From Lachnospiraceae bacterium (GTDB lineage Bacteria; Bacillota; Clostridia; Lachnospirales; Lachnospiraceae), in assembly GCA_017438305.1 (NCBI GenBank), contig JAFRVX010000114.1, positions 2,602 through 66,601 of the forward strand: DNA of 64,000 nucleotides, given 5' to 3'. The notes under the pieces are model-generated. The model was given only the letters and a program-made list of their open reading frames with translations. It had not been told where the DNA came from and did not search any database. Shown here one piece after another: positions 42,883-52,304 of the stretch. A program made the position numbers and the translations under genes. Within the stretch, counting starts at the first letter, position 1, and each line of letters opens with the position of its first letter.

Positions 42883-44330
42883 TGAAAAAGCTTTTGAATT
42901 CCTTTAAGACCAAAGCCTTCCGTGTGGGTGGCTATTCGGTGGTGGCCGCCGTTATCGTACTGGCCATCGTCATCGCGGCGAACCTCCTGATAAACGCGCT
43001 GCCGTCCCATATCAAGATGATCGACCTGTCCCAGAACCTGCTCTATTCCTTCTCGGACCAGACCAAAAAGATCGTTTCGGAAGCTGACCGGGACGTCAAC
43101 ATCTACATGATCTGCCAGACCGGTTATGAAAACAGCACCCTGACAAACCTTCTGGACCGGTACAACGAACTGTCTTCCCGGATCCACATCATCCCGATAG
43201 ACACCAACAACAGCCCCACCTTTGCCACCACCTACGGGCTTTCCGAGGTGCCCAACAACTCGCTGCTGGTGGCCAGCGACCTGCGGTACCGCTATATTGC
43301 GGCCAGCGATATTTTCGAGACCACGCCCATGTACGACAAGGACGGCAAGTATATCGGCACCTCGTCGAACCTGGACGGTGAATCGGAAGTCACCAGCGCC
43401 ATCAACTACTGCCTGATGAAGGAGCTGCCGAAGGTCTACCAGCTGACCGGCCACGGTGAAGAACAGCTTCCCGAAGAGTATGTCACCGCCATTTCCCGGC
43501 TGAACCTTACCGTTGAAGACCTGAACCTGCTGACGGTAAGCTCCATTCCGGAGGAATGCGACACCCTGCTTTTCCTGGATCCCAAGGGAGACCTTAACGA
43601 AAGCGAGTACGGTATCTTAAGCGAATTCCTGGGCCGCGGCGGCAGGCTGCTCCTGGTCACCACACCCAGACTTTATGAAAGGCCCTGGCTTGACAAGCTG
43701 ATGGCAGATTACGATATGAGAGAAGAAACCGGTATCGTGGCGGAAGGCGATGCTTCCTACTACGCCGCCAGCGGCGATCCCACCTACCTGCTTCCCTCCA
43801 TTACGGATCACACCATCACCAAGCCCATCGTGGACAACCGGTACATCATCTTCATGCCCATCGCCTCCGGCATCAAGCGGACGGGTACGGATGCCAACAT
43901 CACCCTGACCCAGCTTCTGAAGACCTCCGGCGATGCCTATTCCATGATCGACGGCTACAACCGCACCTCCTTCGAAAAGCGGGACGGTGATATTTCCGGC
44001 CCCTTCTCCCTGGCAACGCTGATGGTCAGGGCGGATCCGGATTACATCCACGACGATACCATGATCATGTGGTTCTCCTCTTCCGCCATCATCGACGAGG
44101 AGATCGACCGCCTGGTTTCCGGCGCCAACATGGACCTGTTCCTGAATTCGCTTTCCTTTATCTGCGATCAGACCAACAGCATCTCCATCCATTCAAAGAG
44201 CCTGAACTACCGCTACCTGAATGTATCCGGTTCCCAGGCCACTTTCTGGTCGGTGATCCTGATCGGCGTGCTGCCCGCTGCCTGTCTGGCTGTAGGCTTA
44301 ATCATCTTCTTAAGGAGACGTAAGAAATAA
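42882..44330 (+). CDS. GldG-family ABC-transporter accessory protein
   Basis: N- and C-terminal TM anchors with a large extracytoplasmic domain. The canonical ATPase / ABC-2 permease / GldG / DUF4340 gene order supports the call. ATG at 42882 (TAATG overlap) follows GAGGAGG. Confidence 0.65.
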   Translation: MKKLLNSFKTKAFRVGGYSVVAAVIVLAIVIAANLLINALPSHIKMIDLSQNLLYSFSDQTKKIVSEADRDVNIYMICQTGYENSTLTNLLDRYNELSSRIHIIPIDTNNSPTFATTYGLSEVPNNSLLVASDLRYRYIAASDIFETTPMYDKDGKYIGTSSNLDGESEVTSAINYCLMKELPKVYQLTGHGEEQLPEEYVTAISRLNLTVEDLNLLTVSSIPEECDTLLFLDPKGDLNESEYGILSEFLGRGGRLLLVTTPRLYERPWLDKLMADYDMREETGIVAEGDASYYAASGDPTYLLPSITDHTITKPIVDNRYIIFMPIASGIKRTGTDANITLTQLLKTSGDAYSMIDGYNRTSFEKRDGDISGPFSLATLMVRADPDYIHDDTMIMWFSSSAIIDEEIDRLVSGANMDLFLNSLSFICDQTNSISIHSKSLNYRYLNVSGSQATFWSVILIGVLPAACLAVGLIIFLRRRKK

Positions 44331-44893
44331 TGAGCAAAAGAACGCAGAAACTGCTGGTCCTGCTCTTGTGCCTGCTCCTGGTAGGCGCAGCGGGATTTGC
44401 CGTGGTCAAGTTTACCAAGGAGAAGGAAGAGACCACAGAGACCGACCCTTCGGTGGAAAGCTTTGAGATCTTTAAAGTGGACAAAGACAAGATCGTCCAT
44501 GTGGACTGGGTCTTCGGCGGCTTTATCGAAGAGTCCTTCACGAAAAAGGACGGCAAATGGGTCTCGGACACCTCTCCCGACGAATTTTTCTATCAGGAAG
44601 TTTTCGAAGAATGGCTGGACCGGAACTTCGGTTCTCCCTGGACTTCGGAAGCCGAGGTCAGCAGCACCGATATGGAGGCCATGGGCTTCACGGACGCGGA
44701 CACCATCGCCCACGTGAAGCTAGAAGACGGCACCGAATACACACTGACCTTCGGCGCTTCCACTACCATCCAGAGCACCTGCTACTTCACGATGGATATG
44801 AAGAAAGTCTATGTGGTCCCCAGAGGCCGGAAGGCCGCCTTCGGACTGAAGCTGGCCAACTACCAGACCACCACCACGAAAAAAGGGGAATAA
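44330..44893 (+). CDS. DUF4340-like membrane-anchored protein
   Basis: 187 aa with an N-terminal anchor. It sits downstream of GldG as in many Firmicutes operons. Confidence 0.5.
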   Translation: MSKRTQKLLVLLLCLLLVGAAGFAVVKFTKEKEETTETDPSVESFEIFKVDKDKIVHVDWVFGGFIEESFTKKDGKWVSDTSPDEFFYQEVFEEWLDRNFGSPWTSEAEVSSTDMEAMGFTDADTIAHVKLEDGTEYTLTFGASTTIQSTCYFTMDMKKVYVVPRGRKAAFGLKLANYQTTTTKKGE

Positions 44894-44949
44894 CACCCGG
44901 CCTGAAAACCGGAGAATAAGACGCCGGAATTTCCGGTATGAAACCTGTT

Positions 44950-45000
44950 AAACAGGGGAATCTTAAGACAATCTTAAGAGGTTCCCCTGTTTATTTTTTA
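44950..45000 (+). terminator. rho-independent terminator after the ABC-2/GldG operon
   Basis: AAACAGGGGAA ... TTCCCCTGTTT stem followed by ATTTTTTA. Confidence 0.7.
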
Positions 45001-45033
45001 TGATGCACAGCAGTAGAATAATGTGCAGCAAAG

Positions 45034-45372
45034 GCTTCCCCTCTGGGGAAGCTGTCAGCTCGAAGAGCTGACTGATGAGGTCGCCGAAGGCGGAGGATGA
45101 GGTCGCCGAAGGCGGAGGATGAGGTACCGAAACTATCAAAAAGGGAAACAGAGCCTCATCCGGTGCTCCGCGCCACCTTCCCCAAAGGGGAAGGCTGCCT
45201 CATCCGGCGCTTCGCGCCACCTTCCCCAGAGGGGAAGGCTGCCTCATCCGGCGCTTCGCGCCACCTTCCCCAGAGGGGAAGGCTGCCTCATCCGGTGCTT
45301 CGCGCCACCTTCCCCAGAGGGGAAGGCTGCCTCATCCGGCGCTTCGCGCCACCTTCCCCAGAGGGGAAGGCT
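45034..45372. repeat. array of double-hairpin palindromic units (1 inverted, 2 partial, 5 forward at a 44-bp period)
   Basis: Inverted unit 45034-45080. Partial 22-bp units at 45081-45102 and 45103-45124. Forward units start at 45153, 45197, 45241, 45285 and 45329, each reading GCCTCATCCGGCGCTTCGCGCCACCTTCCCCAGAGGGGAAGGCT. Confidence 0.9.
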
Positions 45373-45441
45373 GGGGTTCCGGCTTCAGGGATGAAAAAGC
45401 CTGAACATACATGAACATGCCTGAACATTTTAGGAGGGAAA

Positions 45442-46728
45442 ATGAAAATACTGACTGCTGTGAATCTTATCATCGGGATTTTGTTTACGGTCTGCTATGC
45501 TTACCAGTTTGTTTATATCCCGGTCTCGTGGTTTAAAAAGAAGAAACCGGCTTCGAAAGAGCCGGTGCTTCATGATTTTGCGGTGCTGATCTCGGCGCGG
45601 AATGAAGAAGAGGTCATCGAAGACCTGATCGGGAGCCTGAAGAACCAGACCTATCCCCGGGAGCATCTGCATATCTTTGTGATAGCCGATAACTGCACCG
45701 ACAGAACGGCCGATGCCGCCCGCCGGGCGGGAGCCTGCGTCTACGAGCGCTCCAATAAAGAGCTGGTGGGAAAGGGTTATGCCCTGGATGCCCTCCTGAA
45801 GCATCTAAAGGAGGATCATCCCGAAGGCTTCGACGGCTATTTCGTTTTTGACGCGGACAACATCCTGAACCCGGATTATGTGGAAAGAATGAATGAGACT
45901 TTCTCCGAAGGCCATGACATCGTCACCGGCTACCGGAACAGCAAGAATTACGGATCCAACTGGATCAGCGCAGGCTACGCTCTCTGGTTTTTACGGGACA
46001 GCCGATATCTGAATCACGCCCGTTCGCTTCTGAATACCAGCTGCGTCGTCTCCGGCACCGGCTTCCTTTTCAGCCGGGCTGTTCTGGAGGAGATGGGCGG
46101 ATGGCCCTACCACACCCTGACCGAGGATACGGAATTTACCATCGACCAGGTCATCGCCGGCAGGAAGATCGGCTGCTGCCGCGAAGCAGAGCTTTACGAT
46201 GAACAGCCGGTGAGCTTCATCCAGTCCTGGCATCAGCGCATGAGATGGTCCCGGGGCTATATCCAGGTTTTAAAGATGTACGGAAAACAGCTGTTTGCCG
46301 GCATGTTCAGAAGCTTCTCCTGCTTTGATATGACTATGAACTTCATGCCCGCCTTTGTGCTTTCCGTCCTGTCCATCATCATCAATATCTCGGTGGGGAT
46401 CTGCGGGGCTGTTGCAGGAGAGGATGTTATGATCGCGGTAAGGTTCATCGGAGAATTCTTCTTTAACATGTACCGCCTGTTCTTCTTCCTGGGTCTTATT
46501 ACCACTGTCACCGAATGGAAGCACATCCATACGGCAGCGCACAGAAAGATCCTCTATCTGTTTACCTTCCCGGTCTTCATGTTCACCTACATCCCCATCT
46601 CCGTGGCGGCCCTGTTCGTGAAGACCTCCTGGAAGCCCATCCGCCACACCTACTCCATGAAAAAGCTTGCCTCCCAGGGGATCACCGCCCTGCCGATGGC
46701 GGAAGGCAGCATCCGGAAGGCTTCGTAA
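45442..46728 (+). CDS. family 2 glycosyltransferase, processive beta-glycan synthase type
   Basis: 428 aa. N-terminal TM, VLISARNEE, FDADN, TEDTE and QRMRW (QxxRW) motifs, plus C-terminal TM segments. Confidence 0.8.
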   Translation: MKILTAVNLIIGILFTVCYAYQFVYIPVSWFKKKKPASKEPVLHDFAVLISARNEEEVIEDLIGSLKNQTYPREHLHIFVIADNCTDRTADAARRAGACVYERSNKELVGKGYALDALLKHLKEDHPEGFDGYFVFDADNILNPDYVERMNETFSEGHDIVTGYRNSKNYGSNWISAGYALWFLRDSRYLNHARSLLNTSCVVSGTGFLFSRAVLEEMGGWPYHTLTEDTEFTIDQVIAGRKIGCCREAELYDEQPVSFIQSWHQRMRWSRGYIQVLKMYGKQLFAGMFRSFSCFDMTMNFMPAFVLSVLSIIINISVGICGAVAGEDVMIAVRFIGEFFFNMYRLFFFLGLITTVTEWKHIHTAAHRKILYLFTFPVFMFTYIPISVAALFVKTSWKPIRHTYSMKKLASQGITALPMAEGSIRKAS

Positions 46729-46824
46729 AGCCTTATCAGCTGTTTTTCCGGCAGACAGGTTCATACATCGCCGGCAGCTATATCGCCGGCATGAAAGACG
46801 GCCGGAATTCGGAAGCTGAAAAGG

Positions 46825-46914
46825 AAATCTTATACTAAGGGAAAATAATATACGAAGGGGAAATCTTATACTAAGGGAAAATGATATACGAAGGGGAAAT
46901 GTTATACGAAGGGG
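46825..46914. repeat. 36-bp tandem repeat x2.5 directly upstream of the 46924 start codon
   Basis: AAATCTTATACTAAGGGAAAATAATATACGAAGGGG at 46825-46860. A second copy with one mismatch at 46861-46896. A partial copy at 46897-46914. Confidence 0.85.
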
Positions 46915-46923
46915 AGAGATTCC

Positions 46924-47391
46924 ATGAAAAAGAAGATACTTAAGATCGTTTTCGCTGTTGTGATCGTCTTTGCAGCGTATAATGCCGCATGGTTTGCCTG
47001 GTCTCATGTAAAATACAGTAAATTTACCGGAGGCATGAAGCAGGGGGACTTCAGCAGTTTTGTTACACCGCGTTATGTTTATACAGATGCTGATAAATAC
47101 GACTATCTTGTTAAGTACCCGGACTATCTCAGCTTTACCGGCAATATGTGTGTGGGGTGTCCTTCCGCAGATGAAGAAATCTTTACTGATGCTTTGATCA
47201 TATGGCCTAAGGTAATGGGCGGATACAGTTTCGGAGTTCTGTTGTATGAAAATGACACGGAATACGCAGTCTATATCGACTCCGCCGGCAATGCTCTGGC
47301 AAAAGAAGAGGAAGCAATTGTTTCGCGGCATAGCGGGAATATTAAAAACCTGCTGATGATGGCTGATGAAAAATGGGACATCTGTGACTGA
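46924..47391 (+). CDS. membrane-anchored hypothetical protein
   Basis: 155 aa. N-terminal anchor MKKKILKIVFAVVIVFAAYNAAWFAW. SD-like GAAGGGGAG. Confidence 0.5.
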   Translation: MKKKILKIVFAVVIVFAAYNAAWFAWSHVKYSKFTGGMKQGDFSSFVTPRYVYTDADKYDYLVKYPDYLSFTGNMCVGCPSADEEIFTDALIIWPKVMGGYSFGVLLYENDTEYAVYIDSAGNALAKEEEAIVSRHSGNIKNLLMMADEKWDICD

Positions 47392-47422
47392 AACAGATAA
47401 CGGTGCAAGACCGGTCGGCAGC

Positions 47423-47499
47423 AATTGAATAAACAGTAATTGAATCGAAAAAGAAATTGAATAAACAGAAATCGAATCGAAAAGAAAATGAATAAACAA
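47423..47499. repeat. 32-bp tandem repeat x about 2.4
   Basis: AATTGAATAAACAGTAATTGAATCGAAAAAGA at 47423-47454. A second copy at 47455-47486. A partial third copy follows. Confidence 0.8.
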
Positions 47500-47550
47500 A
47501 GGAAAGGGCTTCCGGAGTTCGGCTGTAAAACACGGCAAAACTTCGAAAGC

Positions 47551-47602
47551 CCTTTATTTCAGACCTTTATTTCAGGCCTTTATTTCAGGCCTTTATTTCA
47601 AG
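47551..47602. repeat. 13-bp tandem repeat x4 (CCTTTATTTCAGG)
   Basis: Units at 47551, 47564, 47577 and 47590. Confidence 0.85.
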
Positions 47603-47633
47603 TCTATTATCAGTATTTATGTGTTGGGGAAGA

Positions 47634-47760
47634 CCTCATCCACCACCTGCGGTGGTCCCCCTTCCCCAAAGGGGAAGGCTATTTGTATCTGCGACAGCGG
47701 CCGCTTTCCAGATGGGAAGGCTTTTTGCGTATGCGGCAGCGGCCGCCGGGGAAGGCTTAT
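47634..47760. repeat. double-hairpin palindromic unit plus two degenerate copies
   Basis: CCTCATCCACCACCTGCGGTGGTCCCCCTTCCCCAAAGGGGAAGGC at 47634-47679, followed by decayed ...GGGAAGGC copies that abut the esterase stop codon. Confidence 0.75.
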
Positions 47761-49322
47761 TTTTTGCGTCTGCGGTAGTGGCCGCCGGTGAAGGGGTTGA
47801 TGGCGATGTCCTTATAGGCTTCCAGCAGTTCCCGGTCGGAATTGAAGCGGGCCTTGCTTTCGACGTCAAAGTACATGGTCGCCCGGGTGTCGGAGGCATA
47901 GACCGGCCATTCGGCGAGTCCGGGGCCGTTGGGATCGCCCGTATGAGCAAACTGTTTAAAGGCGCCGAACAGGGCATCCTGGACCCATTCACTGGCCAGG
48001 TCGCCGTTGGTCACCGGTACCAGATCGATGTTATGGAAGGCGTAGGGGATGTCCGCGCAGTGCCAGGCCGGCGCGCCGCCGTTATAGCCCCTGAAGCGGT
48101 AATCGAACAGGTAGTTGTAGGTTTCCGCGCTGCAGGTGTCCGCCCGGAGATCGCAGTATTCCAGAAGACCCGAGCGGTCATCCATAATATTCAGGATCAG
48201 CTCGTTCTTGCCGGGATAGGTCTTTTTGAAAAGATCGATGACCTTATCCACCACGGCTTCGTCTTTCCCCGCAAAGTGCTCCAGGATCAGGGCCCGGCGG
48301 TCTTTTTCGGGGATATCGTCCATGTTGGGAATGGCACGGCCTGCCAAGAATTCTCCGGTGGTGGAGCCGATGATGAGCTTCACCTTCTTCGCATTCTCCG
48401 TAAAGCCGCCGTTATAGAAGGGTTCGCCTTTGAAATAATCGTTAGCCACGGGCATCCACATGAAGAACCAGCCCCGGTCAAAGATCTCGTCGGAAATATT
48501 GCCGTAGGCTTCAAAAAGCTTATCGAGCGGCGTGGTCTCCAGGACCGTGATATCCTCGCCGCCAAGCTCCCGAATCAGCAGCTCGGCGATCTCCTTATCG
48601 TGCCGGTAAGAAGGCTCCTGGCCTCTTCCGGCGCCGCCGCTCATCATGATGCCCTTCTGGAACAGGCCGTCCGCCGCGGGGGTCTGCAAGAGCACGGAGA
48701 CCTTGATGCCGCCGCCGGACTGGCCGAAAATGGTCACGTTCTCCGGATCGCCGCCGAAGGCTTCGATATTGTCATGGATCCACTGAAGGGCCAGGACCAG
48801 GTCCTCGATGCCGGCGTTTCCGGAATTCTTAAATCTTTCGCCGAAGGCGGAAAGATCAAAGTAGCCCAGCATGTTCAGGCGGTGGTTTAAGGAGACCACG
48901 ACGCAGTCGCCGTACTGACTTAGATTCGTGCCGTCATACACCACCATCTCCACCGATGAACCGCCGCTCATGGCGCCGCCGTGAAGCCAGACCATGACCG
49001 GTTTTTTCGCCGAGGGATCCAGGGACTGGGTCCAGACGTTCAAGTTGAGGCAGTCCTCGGATTCCGGCCAGAACCGGTGGGTGACTGTGAGCTCATTTTT
49101 TCCGAGGGCGTTAAAGCCCATGGAAGGTGCGGTAAAGCCGTAGGCGATGGCATCCTGGACGCCCTCCCAGGGCTCCACGGGCGTGGGCGGCATGAACCGT
49201 TTGGCGTCGCCGTATTTCATGCCCTGGAACACATAGGTGCTCTCCAGCTTAAAGCCCCGTACCTTTCCGGCCTTCGTCTCTACGATGTTAAGATCGGGTC
49301 CGTAAGAAAACTGTCTGATCAT
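47757..49322 (-). CDS. type-B carboxylesterase/lipase family protein
   Basis: 521 aa. VWLHGGA oxyanion region and FGQSGGG nucleophile elbow, as in para-nitrobenzyl-esterase-like enzymes. Confidence 0.8.
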   Translation of the reverse strand: MIRQFSYGPDLNIVETKAGKVRGFKLESTYVFQGMKYGDAKRFMPPTPVEPWEGVQDAIAYGFTAPSMGFNALGKNELTVTHRFWPESEDCLNLNVWTQSLDPSAKKPVMVWLHGGAMSGGSSVEMVVYDGTNLSQYGDCVVVSLNHRLNMLGYFDLSAFGERFKNSGNAGIEDLVLALQWIHDNIEAFGGDPENVTIFGQSGGGIKVSVLLQTPAADGLFQKGIMMSGGAGRGQEPSYRHDKEIAELLIRELGGEDITVLETTPLDKLFEAYGNISDEIFDRGWFFMWMPVANDYFKGEPFYNGGFTENAKKVKLIIGSTTGEFLAGRAIPNMDDIPEKDRRALILEHFAGKDEAVVDKVIDLFKKTYPGKNELILNIMDDRSGLLEYCDLRADTCSAETYNYLFDYRFRGYNGGAPAWHCADIPYAFHNIDLVPVTNGDLASEWVQDALFGAFKQFAHTGDPNGPGLAEWPVYASDTRATMYFDVESKARFNSDRELLEAYKDIAINPFTGGHYRRRKK

Positions 49323-49435
49323 ACTAACTCCTTTTTCTTATAAAAACTGTACCCGGATCTGACTCATCCCTGCCGCGGGTATTTCTTTTTATGCAGGGTG
49401 AATATCTTCTTTTTCAGACTGCCCTTTCGGCAGCA

Positions 49436-50170
49436 TCAGTAATCTACTTTCATCAGGCAGAGCCCCGAGGCGGGGGCCGTGGGTCCGGCCATCTGCCGGT
49501 CCCTGGATTCAAGAGCGGCCTTTACATCCTCCGGAGTCATCCTGTGAAAGCCGGCTTCCAGGATCGTGCCGGTCATGATCCGCACCATGTTCTGGAGAAA
49601 GCCCGTTCCGTGGAAGTTCAGGTAGATCTTATCCTTTCTTCGGACGATCTCGATCTTGTCCACGATCCGTACCGTGGATTTACTGAACTTCGGATTGCCG
49701 CAGAAAGCTTTGTAATCATGCTCGCCTTCCAGATAAGCCGCAGCCTTTTTCATGGCTTCAAGATCCGGCATCTGGTCCAGGACCGTCACGAATTTCCGTT
49801 CGAAAACCGGTTTGTTCTCCCCCACCCATAAGGTATAGGTGTAGAGCTTCCCCACCGCCTTGTAGCGGGCGTGAAAACGGTCGGAGCACTCCCGGACGTC
49901 GGTAACGCCGATGTCGTCCGGCAGATAATGATTCATATAGTCCCGGATCTCTTCGCAGGTCTTTTCCGTATTCAGCCGGACGTTCGCGATCATGGCTTTC
50001 GCATGCACGCCGGCGTCGGTGCGTCCCGCGCCGATGACCTCCGCCGCTTCATCCGTCATCAGAGACAGCACCTTTTCCAGTTTTCCCTGGACGGTCTCCC
50101 GGTCCGGCTGATGCTCCCAGCCGAAATACCGGGACCCGTCGTAGGCTATCTCCAGTTTATAATTCTTCAT
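49436..50170 (-). CDS. truA: tRNA pseudouridine(38-40) synthase
   Basis: 244 aa. YDGSRYFGWE and GAGRTDAGVHA motifs. Confidence 0.9.
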   Translation of the reverse strand: MKNYKLEIAYDGSRYFGWEHQPDRETVQGKLEKVLSLMTDEAAEVIGAGRTDAGVHAKAMIANVRLNTEKTCEEIRDYMNHYLPDDIGVTDVRECSDRFHARYKAVGKLYTYTLWVGENKPVFERKFVTVLDQMPDLEAMKKAAAYLEGEHDYKAFCGNPKFSKSTVRIVDKIEIVRRKDKIYLNFHGTGFLQNMVRIMTGTILEAGFHRMTPEDVKAALESRDRQMAGPTAPASGLCLMKVDY

Positions 50171-50191
50171 AAAAACCTTATCTTTGCCGTA

Positions 50192-52294
50192 TTATCCGTT
50201 TTCCGCGAAATTGCCGGTATAAAGCTGATAATAACGGCCCTTCTTTTCGATCAGCTGATCATGATTGCCCCGCTCGATGATCCGTCCCTTCTCCAGGACC
50301 ATGATCACGTCGGAATTCATGACCGTTGAAAGTCTGTGGGCAATGACGAAGACCGTGCGGCCTTTCATCAGGGAATCCATACCCCGCTGCACCAGGATCT
50401 CTGTACGGGTATCGATGGAGGACGTGGCTTCGTCCAGGATCATGACCGGCGGATCCTCAATGGCTGCCCGGGCAATGGAGATCAGCTGCCGCTGGCCCTG
50501 GGAGAGCTGGGAGCCGGTGCCGTCGATGACCGTATCATAGCCCTTGGGCAGGCGGGAAATAAAGTCGTGGGCGTTGGCCAGCTTCGCGGCGTTCACCACG
50601 TCTTCGTCCGTCGCGTCCAGACGGCCGTAGCGGATGTTCTCCCGGATGGTGCCGGTGAACAGGTTGACGTCCTGGAGGACCATGCCCAGGGATTTCCGAA
50701 GGTCCGCCTTCCGGATATCCTTGACCGGAATGCCGTCATAGGTGATGTCGCCGTTCTGGATATCGTAGAAGCGGTTGATCAGGTTGGTGATGGTGGTCTT
50801 CCCGGCGCCGGTGGAGCCCACAAAGGCGACCTTCTGGCCGGGTTCCGCGTAAAGGGTGATGTCGTGAAGGATCTCTTTCTCATCCGTATAGCCGAAATCC
50901 ACATGGCTGAACCGGACGTCGCCCTCCAGCTTGATATAGACGGTCTCTCCGGCCATGGGGACCTTCCAGGCCCAGATGTCCGTTCTTCTTTCGGATTCCC
51001 GGATGTTGCCGTGAACGTCGATCTTCGCGTTGACCAGGGTGACCTTGCCTTCGTCCTCTTCCGGCTTTTCATCGATAAGCTGGAAGATACGGTTGGCGCC
51101 GGCCATGGCCAGGACGATGGAGTTCATCTGCTGGGCCACGTTGGAAATGGTCATGTTGAAACGCCGGCCCAGGTTCAGGAAGATGATGACGTTTCCGAGG
51201 GTCAGAGCCGCGAAGCCCGTCACCGTCAGGTTGGCAATGCCCAGAGCCACCAGCAGCGCGCCGAAAATGGCAGTCAGCACGTACTGGAAGTTGCCCAGGG
51301 AGCCCATGATGGGTCCCATCATGCTTCCGTAGAAAGAAGCGTTTTTCGCGATCTCACGCAGGTTCTCGTTTTCCTGGTTGAATTCCTCGATGGCGGCGCC
51401 TTCGTGGTTGAAGACCTTGATGACCCGCTGGCCGTCCACCATTTCTTCGACGAAGCCGTTCAGAGAACCCACCGCCTGCTGCTGCGCCATGAAGTAGGCG
51501 CCTGATATGCCGGCGATCTTTGTGGTGATCTTCGTGATGATGAAGACGAAGACAAAGGCGAACAGCGTCATCCAGATGGAGGTCCGGAGCATGGTCACAA
51601 GAGAGGTGATCAGCGTGATGACGGCGGACAGGATCTGGGGCAGCGACCGGGAGATCAGCTGCTGCATCGTATCGATATCATTCGTATAATGGGACATGAC
51701 GTCGCCGAAGGTGTTGGTATCGAAATACTTGATGGGCAGGGACTGCATATGGGCGAACATATCCTCACGGATATCCTTCATAATGCCCTGGGTCATGACC
51801 ACGAACATCCGCTGCTGCAGAAACAGCGAAACGATGCTGATCAGGTAAATGGAACCGATCTTTAAAATATAGCTCACCATCCTGGTCCCGGAGAAGCCGG
51901 TGGACATCATGGGGGTGATATAATCGTCGATCAGGGTTCCGAAGGCTGTTGCCGTAAGGACCGAGGTCACAGCGCCGGTTATGATGCAGATGACGGCGCT
52001 GATGAACCTGGCCCGGTAGTTCCAGAGATAGCCCAGCACTCTTTTGATGACGCTGAAATCCATCTTGGAAAAATCGATATCCTTAAGCTTGGTTCTGCCG
52101 AAGCCGCCCCGTCTTCCGCCGGGGCCTCCGGGTCCCGGACCGCCGAAGCCCCGTCCTCCCGACGCGGAAGTCCTTCTATAGATCTTTTTGCCGTTTTCAT
52201 CCACCTCCGGCCCGTTTCCGGGCATCTTCGATGGATCGAAGCCCTTTTTATTATCCTGGATAACAGAGGAGGTATTTTTCTTATCGTCTTTCAT
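50192..52294 (-). CDS. ABC exporter permease/ATPase fusion (heterodimer subunit) with a Gly/Pro/Arg-rich N-terminal extension
   Basis: 700 aa. 6-TM domain + NBD (GSTGAGKTT, LSQGQRQ, ILDEATS). The first ~90 aa are low complexity (GGRGFGGPGPGGPGGRRGGFGR). Confidence 0.85.
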   Translation of the reverse strand: MKDDKKNTSSVIQDNKKGFDPSKMPGNGPEVDENGKKIYRRTSASGGRGFGGPGPGGPGGRRGGFGRTKLKDIDFSKMDFSVIKRVLGYLWNYRARFISAVICIITGAVTSVLTATAFGTLIDDYITPMMSTGFSGTRMVSYILKIGSIYLISIVSLFLQQRMFVVMTQGIMKDIREDMFAHMQSLPIKYFDTNTFGDVMSHYTNDIDTMQQLISRSLPQILSAVITLITSLVTMLRTSIWMTLFAFVFVFIITKITTKIAGISGAYFMAQQQAVGSLNGFVEEMVDGQRVIKVFNHEGAAIEEFNQENENLREIAKNASFYGSMMGPIMGSLGNFQYVLTAIFGALLVALGIANLTVTGFAALTLGNVIIFLNLGRRFNMTISNVAQQMNSIVLAMAGANRIFQLIDEKPEEDEGKVTLVNAKIDVHGNIRESERRTDIWAWKVPMAGETVYIKLEGDVRFSHVDFGYTDEKEILHDITLYAEPGQKVAFVGSTGAGKTTITNLINRFYDIQNGDITYDGIPVKDIRKADLRKSLGMVLQDVNLFTGTIRENIRYGRLDATDEDVVNAAKLANAHDFISRLPKGYDTVIDGTGSQLSQGQRQLISIARAAIEDPPVMILDEATSSIDTRTEILVQRGMDSLMKGRTVFVIAHRLSTVMNSDVIMVLEKGRIIERGNHDQLIEKKGRYYQLYTGNFAENG

Positions 52295-52304
52295 GATCGT
52301 TCTC

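Noticed and set aside
45034-45372. Whether the regularly spaced repeats form a CRISPR array.
   Set aside because: The units abut each other directly at a 44-bp period with no unique spacers. There are no cas genes, and the units are internally palindromic double hairpins.
45097-45414. ORFs 45097-45414 and 45119-45394 (also 61817-62020, 47488-47778 and 1075-1344), which encode repetitive FPRGEG / PSPEGKA peptides.
   Set aside because: They are read through the palindromic repeat arrays in more than one frame. They have no SD, and their periodicity equals the DNA repeat period. I treat them as non-coding repeats.
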